Below are positions 51,039 through 59,328 of a DNA stretch of 64,000 bases, piece by piece. The position numbers and the translations under genes were made by a program. Positions within the stretch are counted from its first letter, which is position 1, and the number at the start of each line of letters is the position of its first letter. The notes beneath the pieces were generated by a model. The model saw only the letters and a program-made list of their open reading frames with translations, made no database searches and was not told the origin of the DNA. This DNA comes from Candidatus Eiseniibacteriota bacterium (lineage in GTDB: Bacteria > Eisenbacteria > RBG-16-71-46), in the NCBI GenBank assembly GCA_963707915.1, contig OY970178.1, positions 544,001 through 608,000 on the forward strand, given 5' to 3'.

Positions 51039-52433
51039 GTGAGTGAGTTCGTGGCGACGGCCGCCGCGCGCCTCGCGGCGCACCCGTGGCCCGCCGAAGT
51101 GCTCGCCGCGCTCGAGCGGTTGCGCGCGGACGGCCACCAAGCCTACATCGTCGGGGGGGCGCCGCGCGACGTGCTGCTGGAGCGGGCCGGGTCGGAGTTC
51201 CCGGACGTGGCGACCGACCGGCGGCCGGAGGAGGTCATGGCCCTGTTCCCGCGGGTCGAGCCGATCGGGCTGGCGCACGGCACGGTGCTGGTGCTGCTCG
51301 AGGGCTCCGGCTTCGAGTGCACGACCTTCCGGCGGGAGGGTGCGTACGCGGACGCGCGCCACCCCGACGAAGTGGAGTTCACCGCCGACCTGCCGGCGGA
51401 CCTGGCGCGGCGCGACTTCACCGTGAACGCCCTGGCCTACGATCCGCTGAGCGGCGTGCTGGTGGACCGCCACGGCGGGCTCGCCGACCTCGCCGGGCGG
51501 CGCCTGCGGGCGGTGGGTGAGCCGCTGGCGCGTTTCCGCGAGGACGCGCTCCGGCCGGTGCGGGCCGCCCGCTTCGCCGCCACGCTGGAGTTCGAGCTCG
51601 AGCCCGCGACGCGCGCGGCCCTGGCCGGGGTCGCGGACCGCGCGCGGTTCGTGGCGCCGGAGCGGGTGCGCGTGGAGCTCGAGAAGCTGATGGCCGCGCG
51701 GCGGCCCTCGGTGGGGCTCGAGCTGCTGCGCGAGGCGGGCCTGATGGAGATCTGGATGCCGGAGCTGGCCCGCTGCCACGCCGTGCCGCAGAACCGCTGG
51801 CACGCTCACGACGTCTTCACCCATTCGCTCGAGACCTGCGACCACGCGCCGGCAGGGAAGCCGGCGGTGCGCTGGGCGGCCCTGCTGCACGACATCGGCA
51901 AGCCCGACACGCGGGTCGAACGGCGGGGCGACGGGACGTTCTACGGTCACGAGCGGGTGGGCGCCGAGCTCGCCGACCGCCTGCTCGGGCGGCTGCGCTT
52001 CCCGGGGGCGCTGCGGGCCGAGATCGTCCACCTGGTGAGCGAACACATGTTCGACTACCGCGCGGAGTGGAGCGACGCGGCGGTGCGACGCTGGGTGCGC
52101 CGGGTCGGGGAAGCATCGGTCGCGGACTTGTTCGACCTGCGGATCGCGGACATGCTGGGCAACGGCCTGAAGACGGGGTTCCCGGCCCAGCTCGAGCCGC
52201 TGCGCCGCCGCATCGCGCGGGTGCTGGCCGGGTCGCGTGCGCTGCGGGTCAGCGACCTCGCGGTGGACGGCCGCGACGTGATGGAGTCGCTGGGGATCGG
52301 GCCGGGGCCCGCGGTGGGCGAGGCGCTGGCGGCGCTGCTCGAGGAGGTCCTCGAGGACCCGGCGCGCAACACCCGCGAGCGGCTGCTCGCGGGGCTGGCG
52401 GAGCGGCGCGAGCCGCGCGCCGGCGGTGCTTGA
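51039..52433 (+). CDS. cca: tRNA nucleotidyltransferase (CCA-adding) with HD domain
   Basis: VGGAPRD, DVAT, DLARRDFTVNA, RFREDALR.VRAARF, ERVRVE, LLHDIGKP. Confidence 0.92.
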   Translation: MSEFVATAAARLAAHPWPAEVLAALERLRADGHQAYIVGGAPRDVLLERAGSEFPDVATDRRPEEVMALFPRVEPIGLAHGTVLVLLEGSGFECTTFRREGAYADARHPDEVEFTADLPADLARRDFTVNALAYDPLSGVLVDRHGGLADLAGRRLRAVGEPLARFREDALRPVRAARFAATLEFELEPATRAALAGVADRARFVAPERVRVELEKLMAARRPSVGLELLREAGLMEIWMPELARCHAVPQNRWHAHDVFTHSLETCDHAPAGKPAVRWAALLHDIGKPDTRVERRGDGTFYGHERVGAELADRLLGRLRFPGALRAEIVHLVSEHMFDYRAEWSDAAVRRWVRRVGEASVADLFDLRIADMLGNGLKTGFPAQLEPLRRRIARVLAGSRALRVSDLAVDGRDVMESLGIGPGPAVGEALAALLEEVLEDPARNTRERLLAGLAERREPRAGGA

Positions 52434-52459
52434 CACTCTCGAAGAGCGGCCCGTATCCT
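52430..52459 (+). promoter_or_regulatory. sigma70 promoter
   Basis: TTGACA-N18-TATCCT. Confidence 0.6.
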
Positions 52460-52508
52460 GCGCCGCGCATCGGAGTGGCGCATCGTCCCCATCCCCGGAA
52501 GATTCGAC

Positions 52509-53561
52509 ATGTCGTTTACCGCCGTCCAGAGGCCCGTGCGACGCGAGTTGGCGCAGGTCCAGGGCCTGCTGCGCGACGCGTTCCGGACCTCGATTCCGAT
52601 CCTGAACCGGGTGGGCGGCCACGTGCTGGCCACCCGGGGCAAGAAGTTCCGCCCCACGCTGGTGCTCCTGACGGCCCGCGTGCGCGACCGGCTCGACGGG
52701 GCGGCGGTGATGTCGGCGGCGGTGGTCGAGATGGTGCACGCCGCGGCGCTCATCCACGACGATTCGGTCGACCGCAGCGCGTTGCGCCGGGGACTGCCCA
52801 CGGTCAACGGCCTGTGGACCGACGAGATGGCGATCATCATGGGCGACTACCTGTTCGGGCACGCAATGGGGCTCATGGTGCGCAACGGCCTCGACCACCC
52901 GCTCGAGGTGCTGGCGCGGGTCGTGACCGAGATGTCGTGCGGCGAGGCGCTGGAGTTCCAGTACGCCTACGACCTCGAGACCACCGAGGAGCAGTACGTC
53001 GAGATGGTCCGGGCCAAGACCGGCTCCCTGATCGGGGCCGCGACGGAGATCGGGGCGGGCCGCACGGCGGACCGCGGCGAGCGGCGTCCCATCGCGAAGA
53101 GCGGCGGCCGTTCCCGGCGCCGCCCCGCGGGCGAGCAGGTGACGTTCCGCGAGTTCGGCGAGCGGCTGGGTGTGGCGTTCCAGATCGTGGACGACGTCTT
53201 CGACTACCTGGGCGATCCGGACGTGACCGGCAAGCCGACGGGCTCGGACCTGGCCGAGGGCAAGATCACGCTGCCGCTCATCGCGGCCCTGCGGGAGGCG
53301 AGCGAGGCCGACCGGCGCCGGCTCAAGCGCCTCGCCCTCGGCCAGCGCCGCACCGATGCGCAGTGGAACCAGTTGCGCGCGCTGATCGAGAAGTGCGGCG
53401 GCTTCGCCTACGCGCGCGAGTGCGCCGGGGGCTTCGCCGGCGACTCGCGGCGCCTGCTCGACGAGGTGCTGGGGCCGCGGCGTTCGCGTTCGGCGCCCGC
53501 CGTGGCGGCCCGCCGGGCGCTGGACCAGATGGTGGACTACGCGGTGCGCCGTGACCACTAG
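52509..53561 (+). CDS. Long-chain trans-polyprenyl diphosphate synthase (IspB/HepT-like)
   Basis: GKKFRP, LIHDDSVD..RRG, KTG, FQIVDDVFD, DLAEGKITLP. Confidence 0.93.
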   Translation: MSFTAVQRPVRRELAQVQGLLRDAFRTSIPILNRVGGHVLATRGKKFRPTLVLLTARVRDRLDGAAVMSAAVVEMVHAAALIHDDSVDRSALRRGLPTVNGLWTDEMAIIMGDYLFGHAMGLMVRNGLDHPLEVLARVVTEMSCGEALEFQYAYDLETTEEQYVEMVRAKTGSLIGAATEIGAGRTADRGERRPIAKSGGRSRRRPAGEQVTFREFGERLGVAFQIVDDVFDYLGDPDVTGKPTGSDLAEGKITLPLIAALREASEADRRRLKRLALGQRRTDAQWNQLRALIEKCGGFAYARECAGGFAGDSRRLLDEVLGPRRSRSAPAVAARRALDQMVDYAVRRDH

Positions 53562-53588
53562 GGCGCACTTCCGTGGCGCCGGGGCGCC

Positions 53589-53975
53589 GTGATCCGCCGG
53601 CCCCGTCCCACCGCCGGAGCGGACCCCATCGTCCTGCTGAAGGCCGCGGCGCGCGCGGCGCTCGCCAAGAAGGCGCACGACCTCGTGGCGCTCGACCTGC
53701 GGGGCCTCGACGCGGTCTGCGACGGGTTCCTGCTGTGCTCGGCGTCGAGCGACGTGCAGGTCAAGGCGGTGGCGGAGAGCATCGAGGAGGCGCTGCGGGA
53801 GCAGGGCCTGCGCCCCTGGCACGTCGAGGGGCTGCAGGGGCGTCGCTGGGTGCTGCTCGACTACGTGGGCGTCGTGATCCACGTGTTCCACGAGAAGACC
53901 CGGGAGTACTACCTGCTCGACCGGCTCTGGGGCGACGCGAGGAGCGTGGATCTTGGTCTGGAAGGAACTGACTGA
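53589..53975 (+). CDS. rsfS: Ribosome silencing factor
   Basis: KKAHD...LDL, WVLLDY, VIHVF...REYYLLDRLW. Confidence 0.93.
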   Translation: MIRRPRPTAGADPIVLLKAAARAALAKKAHDLVALDLRGLDAVCDGFLLCSASSDVQVKAVAESIEEALREQGLRPWHVEGLQGRRWVLLDYVGVVIHVFHEKTREYYLLDRLWGDARSVDLGLEGTD

Positions 53976-55707
53976 GGGCCTGGACGCCGCGTTGCGCGGG
54001 ACGGGACTCCACACTCCCGAGCGCATGGCGCGGCTCGAACTCTCCATCCCGCGCGAAAGCGCGCACGGGGACTGGACCACCAACCTCGCGCTGTTGATCG
54101 CCAGGGAGGTCGGGCGGCCGCCCCGCGCGGTGGCCGAGGCCCTGGCGGCGGCCTTCCCGCGCGACCCGGCGTTGTTCGCGAGCGTCGAGGTCGCGGGCCC
54201 GGGCTTCCTCAACTTCCGCTACAGCGAGGCGTTCCTCGACCGCCTGCCCGGGCACGTCCTGGATTCGGGTGGGGGGTTCGGCACGAGCGTGGGCGGCGGC
54301 GGGGCGCGCGTGCTGGTGGAGTACGTGAGCGCGAACCCGACCGGGCCCCTGAACATCGTGAGCGCGCGCGCCGCCGCGGTGGGCGCGACGCTGGTGCGGT
54401 TGCTGCGGGCGACCGGGCACGACGCGGCGGGCGAGTTCTACGTCAACGACGCGGGCCGCCAGGTGGACCTGCTCGGCCAGTCGGTGGCCGCGCGCTTCGC
54501 CGAGGCCGCGGGGCTCGACCGCGCGTTCCCGGCGGGGGGCTACGAGGGCGAGTACGTGCGCGATATCGCCGCGGCGTTGCCGCCGCAGGATGCGCGCGCG
54601 GCGCTGGACGCAGCCGCGGGGGCGGCGTGGTTCCGCGACCAGGCGCTGGACCAGATGGTGCGCGAGCAGCGCCGCGACCTCGACGAGTACGGCGCGGAGT
54701 TCGCGCGTTGGTTCCGCGAGTCCGAGCTCCACCGTTCCGGGGACGTGGCGGCGACGCTGGCCGAGCTCGAGGCGCGCGGCATGACCTACCGTGCGCGGCT
54801 TCCCGAGGTGGACCGGACCCCGGAAGGCGTCGGGGCGGAGGGCCCGGCGGCCGCTGCCGGGGAGCTGGAGGAGGCGACGTACCTGCGCACCGGCCGCTTC
54901 GGCGACGACAAGGACCGGGTGATCGTGCGCAGCGACGGCACGCCGACCTACCTGCTCCCGGATCTCGCCTACCATCGCGACAAGCGGGGCCGCGGCTTCG
55001 GGGTCGCGATCGACCTCTGGGGGCCCGACCACCACGCCTACGTCACCACCATGAAGGCGGCGCTCGCCGCGCTGGGGGTCGAGGACGGGTTCCTCGAGGT
55101 GCTGATCGTCCAACAGGTGAACCTCTGGGAGACCGGTGCCGACGGCCGGCGGGAGCAGGTCAAGATGAGCAAGCGGCGCGGGCGGATCATCACGCTGCGC
55201 GACCTGGTCGACGACATCGGGGCCGAGTGCGCGCGGTTCTTCTTCCTGATGCGCTCCACCAACGCCCACCTCGACTTCGACCTGGACGTGGCGCGCCGGC
55301 AGAACGACGAGAACCCGGCCTTCTACGTGCAGTACGCGCACGCGCGCATCGCCTCGATCCTGCGCTACGCGGCCGAGCGTGGCCTGCGGCCGGCGGACGG
55401 GGCCACGCTGCGGCTCACGGTCCCGGAAGAGGTGGCGCTGGTGCGGCGCCTGGCCGTCTACCCGGAGCTGGTGCGTGGGGCGGCGGCGGCGCGCGAGCCG
55501 CACCGCCTGCCCGCCTACCTGGTCGAGACGGCGGCCGAGTTCCACCGCTTCTACCACGCCTGCCGGGTCGTGGGGGAGGACGCGGGCGTGAGCCGCGGGC
55601 GGCTGCTGATCGCCGAGGCGGCCCGCGTCGTGCTGGCGAACGGGCTCGCGCTGATGGGTGTTTCGGCCCCCGAGCGCATGGAACGCGCCGCGGAGGTCCC
55701 CGCGTGA
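53953..55707 (+). CDS. argS: Arginine--tRNA ligase
   Basis: HGDWTTN, AGPGFLNF, EYVSANPTGPL, GPDHH, KMSKRRG, ENPAFYVQYAHARI, SAPERM. Confidence 0.96.
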   Translation: MVWKELTEGLDAALRGTGLHTPERMARLELSIPRESAHGDWTTNLALLIAREVGRPPRAVAEALAAAFPRDPALFASVEVAGPGFLNFRYSEAFLDRLPGHVLDSGGGFGTSVGGGGARVLVEYVSANPTGPLNIVSARAAAVGATLVRLLRATGHDAAGEFYVNDAGRQVDLLGQSVAARFAEAAGLDRAFPAGGYEGEYVRDIAAALPPQDARAALDAAAGAAWFRDQALDQMVREQRRDLDEYGAEFARWFRESELHRSGDVAATLAELEARGMTYRARLPEVDRTPEGVGAEGPAAAAGELEEATYLRTGRFGDDKDRVIVRSDGTPTYLLPDLAYHRDKRGRGFGVAIDLWGPDHHAYVTTMKAALAALGVEDGFLEVLIVQQVNLWETGADGRREQVKMSKRRGRIITLRDLVDDIGAECARFFFLMRSTNAHLDFDLDVARRQNDENPAFYVQYAHARIASILRYAAERGLRPADGATLRLTVPEEVALVRRLAVYPELVRGAAAAREPHRLPAYLVETAAEFHRFYHACRVVGEDAGVSRGRLLIAEAARVVLANGLALMGVSAPERMERAAEVPA

Positions 55708-56633
55708 GCGCCGCGCCGGAGATCCTGGTGGTGGGGTCGGTCGCGCTCGACTCGGTGCGCACGCCGTACGGCGAGGTGGTCGAGGCGCTGGGCGGATCGG
55801 CGTCGTACTTCTCGCTCTCGGCGAGCCGGTTCGCCCCGGTGAGCATGGTCGCCGTGGTCGGCGAGGACTTCCCGCCCGAGCACCGCGCGCTCTTCGAGGC
55901 CCGCGGCATCGACCTGTCCGGCCTGGAGACCAGCCCGGGAAGGACCTTCCGCTGGCGGGGCGAATACGGCCCGGAGCTGGCGCACGCGCACACGCTCGAG
56001 ACCCAGTTGAACGTCTTCTCGACCTTCCACCCGCGGCTCGAGGAGCAGCACCGCGAGTGTCCGTACGTCTTCCTCGCCAACATCGACCCCGAACTGCAGC
56101 TCGAAGTGCTCCAGCAGATGAAGCGGCCCCGGTTCACGCTCAGCGACACCATGGACTACTGGATCGCGCGCAAGCCGGAGCTCGTGCTGGAGGTGCTGCG
56201 GCGGGTGGACGTGGCGCTGCTGAACGAGGAGGAGGCGCGGGCGCTGGCGGGGGAGAGCCTGCTGGTGCGGGCGGCCGACCGCCTGCTCGAGCAGGGCGCG
56301 AAGTCCGTCATCATCAAGAAGGGCGAGCACGGGGCCCTGTTCCGCACGGCCGGGGAGCGCTTCATCATCCCCGCGTTCCCGGTGGACGCGATCCGGGACC
56401 CCACCGGGGCCGGCGACTCGTTCGCCGGCGGCTTCCTGGGCTGGGTGGCGCGGTGCGGTCGGACCGAGGGGGGCATGCTCCAGCAGGCGATGGCCTGCGG
56501 GACGACCATGGCGTCCCTGGCCATCGAGGATTTCAGCCCGAGGCGGCTGGCCGAGGCGGGCTCGGACGAGATCGCGCGGCGCGTGGCCCTGCTGCACCGC
56601 ATGGTGCACTTCGACCTGGTGCCCCTCTCCTAG
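55704..56633 (+). CDS. PfkB-family carbohydrate/nucleoside kinase
   Basis: GSVALD, GGSASY, NEEEA, DPTGAGDSFAGG. Confidence 0.93.
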   Translation: MSAAPEILVVGSVALDSVRTPYGEVVEALGGSASYFSLSASRFAPVSMVAVVGEDFPPEHRALFEARGIDLSGLETSPGRTFRWRGEYGPELAHAHTLETQLNVFSTFHPRLEEQHRECPYVFLANIDPELQLEVLQQMKRPRFTLSDTMDYWIARKPELVLEVLRRVDVALLNEEEARALAGESLLVRAADRLLEQGAKSVIIKKGEHGALFRTAGERFIIPAFPVDAIRDPTGAGDSFAGGFLGWVARCGRTEGGMLQQAMACGTTMASLAIEDFSPRRLAEAGSDEIARRVALLHRMVHFDLVPLS

Positions 56634-56714
56634 GCCTTCGACGGCCGCGGGTTAGACGTCCCTTCTCACGGTGGGCGCGAAGCGCGCCGACCGTGGCGAT
56701 GCCGAGGAGCCCTG

Positions 56715-56723
56715 TGCTAGAAT
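56715..56723 (+). promoter_or_regulatory. Extended -10 promoter for the 56763 cluster
   Basis: TGCTAGAAT about 40 nt upstream of the GTG start. Confidence 0.5.
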
Positions 56724-56762
56724 GAAGCACAGTCCCCTCATCCGAAGGGAAGGAGACCAGCG

Positions 56763-57491
56763 GTGGAAGACACGCGGATGTCATGGAAGACGGACGCCGA
56801 GCAGGGGATCCGTGGCCTGCCGGACGTCGAGGACGCGAAGATCCTCGTGGAGGCCGGCGAGATCCGCGAGGTCCACGTCATTTCGTCGGCACGCAAGCCG
56901 GCGAAGCTCATCGTCAAGGACGTGGTCGGCCTGATCTGGACCCGCTACAACCGGCGCATCGACCACCGCATCGTCGGCGTGGTGCGCGTCCGGTCGCAGG
57001 CGGACTCGGCCGCGAAACCCGAGCCCGTGAGCGTGCTCGAGGAGGCCGCGCCGGCGCCGCCGGACGCCAGCCGCGTCCGCTTCGGGAGCGTCAACCTCTA
57101 CATGGACGGCGCGCGCGGCCAGGCGCAGGTGGAATTGCGCTGGAAGGGCATGCTGCGCATGGGAAGCGCCTCCGGCTGGTGCTCGCGGCAGGGGTCGCAC
57201 CGCCTGGTGGCGGCCGCCACGCTGACGGCGCTGCAGGAGTTCCTCGACGACGACGTCGCCCTCGGAGTGGAGGGCGTGCACGTGGTGGGCATGGGCGGCC
57301 ACGAGATCGTGATCGTGGGCGTCACGCTGCTCACGCACCGGCAGGAGAAGCTCCTGACCGGCTGTTGCACGGTGGGCCGCGATCTCCCCCAGGCGGTCGT
57401 CCTGGCCTCCCTTTCAGCCTTGAATCGCGTGATCGGCGGCCTGAAGACGAAGGAGCCGATCGAGTACGTCTTGAGACCGGCATCGACCTAG
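56763..57491 (+). CDS. Hypothetical two-domain protein; C-terminus resembles the LeuA allosteric domain
   Basis: AAGGAG SD; N-domain EIREVHV..KLIVKDV..IDHRIV; Pro/Ala linker; C-domain ends G...RDLPQAVVLASLSALNR. Confidence 0.8.
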   Translation: MEDTRMSWKTDAEQGIRGLPDVEDAKILVEAGEIREVHVISSARKPAKLIVKDVVGLIWTRYNRRIDHRIVGVVRVRSQADSAAKPEPVSVLEEAAPAPPDASRVRFGSVNLYMDGARGQAQVELRWKGMLRMGSASGWCSRQGSHRLVAAATLTALQEFLDDDVALGVEGVHVVGMGGHEIVIVGVTLLTHRQEKLLTGCCTVGRDLPQAVVLASLSALNRVIGGLKTKEPIEYVLRPAST

Positions 57492-57593
57492 GAGCCAGCG
57501 GAGCGACAAGACAATCGAGAAGCGAAGCGAAGCCGCCTGTCGGGAAGCTGTTCGTACCCGCAGAGTCCCATGCCAAGTAAGGAGGTGGGCTTC

Positions 57594-57644
57594 GTGCTCT
57601 TTATCCTCGAGCTCTTGGAGTTCTTCGGCCGCGCGGGCTGGTAA
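57594..57644 (+). CDS. 16-aa small peptide MLFILELLEFFGRAGW
   Basis: TAAGGAGGTG SD at 57578-57587, 6 nt before GTG; stop TAA 57642-57644. Confidence 0.7.
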   Translation: MLFILELLEFFGRAGW

Positions 57645-57749
57645 CCTAGTCCCGTACGTCCGGACCTAGGAAGTGACCTCCGAAGTGGATGCCGGTCTCT
57701 GCATCTTCACGCATGCGGAAGCCCACCCGCCCCCGATGATCGACCTCGC

Positions 57750-59075
57750 ATGAAAGACTCGCCGGTCCCGACCCACCCGCGCGCGTTCCGGCTCTACTAC
57801 GCGCTCGTGGTGCTGGCCGCAGGCGCCTTCTTCGTGCTGGCCACGCCCACGGCGGGGGCGCCGCGGCTGGTGGCCCTGGGCGTCGTCCTGGTGCTGATGG
57901 TCGTGAGCGAGGCCCGCCCGGTGCCGCTCCCGAGCGGCGGCTACGCCACCGGCAGTGCCGTGCTCGACCTGGCGTCGATCATCATCCTGGGCCCGGTGTG
58001 GACCGCGTGGGTGGACCTGGCCAGCACGGTGATCGTGCAGGGCGTCCTGCTGCGCCGGCCCCTGGTGCGCGTGCTGCACAACGTGTCCATCTTCGCGCTC
58101 ACCTCGTTCGTGGCGGGCTACGCCTTCCTGGCCGCCGGGGGGCAGGTGGGCACCCTCGCGTTCCCGCGGCACATCGTGCCGCTGCTGGTGTGCGGGGGCG
58201 TCTACTTCCTCTGCAACTCGACGCTGGTCTCGACCGTGCTGGGGCTCACGGTGGGCCCCGGACCGTGGCGCATCTGGCAGCGCAACTTCCTGCAGGGGAT
58301 CCTGCACCACCTCTCCTTCGTGGCCCTCGGCACGCTGGTGGCCGTGGTCTTCTTCAGCGCGGGGCCGTGGGGCCTCGTGCTGGTGGGGATCCCGTTCCTG
58401 GTCGCACGCCACTCGTTCGGCGTCTACATGGAGATCCGCGCGGACCTCAAGGACTTCGTCCGTGCCCTGTCCGAGGTGCTCGAGGAGGTGGATCCGTACA
58501 CCCGCCACCACTCGCACCGGGTCGCGCAATACGCGGTGCTGCTGGCGCGCGGCATGCGGCTCTCGGAACGCGAGGTCGAGGAGATCGAGTACGCGGCCCT
58601 GGTGCACGACCTGGGCAAGATCGGGCCGCAGCACCAGCACATCCTGCAGAAGCCGGGCTCGCTGTCGCACGAGGAGCAGCGCACCTTGCGGGCCCACCCG
58701 GCTGCCGGGGCCGAGATCGTCGCGCGGGTCCGGGCGCTGCGGCGCTCGGCGGAGATCGTGCGCACCCACCACGAGCGGCCCGACGGCCAGGGCTACCCGC
58801 TGGGCCTGCACGCGGAGGACGTGCCGGTGGGGGCCCGCATCCTGAACGTGTCGGACGCGTTCGACGCGATGACCTCGGACCGCCCGTACCGGCGGGCGCT
58901 GTCGGTGGCGGCGGCGCTCGACGAGTTGCGGCGCGGCGAGGGCTCGCAGTTCGACCGGGCCGTGGTGGAGTGCCTGCTGCGCCTCTACGGGTCGGGACAG
59001 TTCCCGCTGATCCCGAGTCCCACGAGCGAGGACCTGCAGCTGTTGCGCCTGAAGCCGCGCGAGGCCCAGGGCTGA
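57750..59075 (+). CDS. Membrane-bound HD-GYP cyclic-dinucleotide phosphodiesterase
   Basis: About 6-7 N-terminal TM helices, then DPYTRHHS, HDLGKIG, HP..G, HHERPDGQGYPLGL, DAFDAMTSDRPYR. Confidence 0.93.
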   Translation: MKDSPVPTHPRAFRLYYALVVLAAGAFFVLATPTAGAPRLVALGVVLVLMVVSEARPVPLPSGGYATGSAVLDLASIIILGPVWTAWVDLASTVIVQGVLLRRPLVRVLHNVSIFALTSFVAGYAFLAAGGQVGTLAFPRHIVPLLVCGGVYFLCNSTLVSTVLGLTVGPGPWRIWQRNFLQGILHHLSFVALGTLVAVVFFSAGPWGLVLVGIPFLVARHSFGVYMEIRADLKDFVRALSEVLEEVDPYTRHHSHRVAQYAVLLARGMRLSEREVEEIEYAALVHDLGKIGPQHQHILQKPGSLSHEEQRTLRAHPAAGAEIVARVRALRRSAEIVRTHHERPDGQGYPLGLHAEDVPVGARILNVSDAFDAMTSDRPYRRALSVAAALDELRRGEGSQFDRAVVECLLRLYGSGQFPLIPSPTSEDLQLLRLKPREAQG

Positions 59076-59328
59076 AGGACTGACGTCCGCCGGCCCGTCG
59101 CGGCCGGCGTGGCCCCCGGGAGTGAGACAGGGCGACGTGACGTGCGGCCGCTCCCCCGCGCGCCACGTCACCGAGGCACGTGCCCCCGGCGAGGCGGGCG
59201 TTCCTGCACGCGGCAGGGCGGGGCCTGGTGGCCGGGCCCGCCTGCCGGTCGGGGCGCACGGGGGACGGGGAGCCGGGGTGGCGGGCGCTGCCCGCGGCGT
59301 CCCGTGGGGCGGAGGGGAGGACGGGAGG

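Noticed and set aside
57560..57576. Minus-strand TTGGCATGGGACTCTGC as a sigma54 promoter
   Set aside because: GG-to-GC spacing is 11 nt, not the strict 10.
57492..57749. c-di-GMP riboswitch upstream of the HD-GYP gene
   Set aside because: I could not find class I (GGCAAAC/GNRA-receptor) or class II consensus elements by eye. An Rfam scan would settle it.
59193..59207. GGCGGGCGTTCCTGC as a sigma54 promoter for the activator
   Set aside because: Spacing is off by one and the TGGCAC core is missing.
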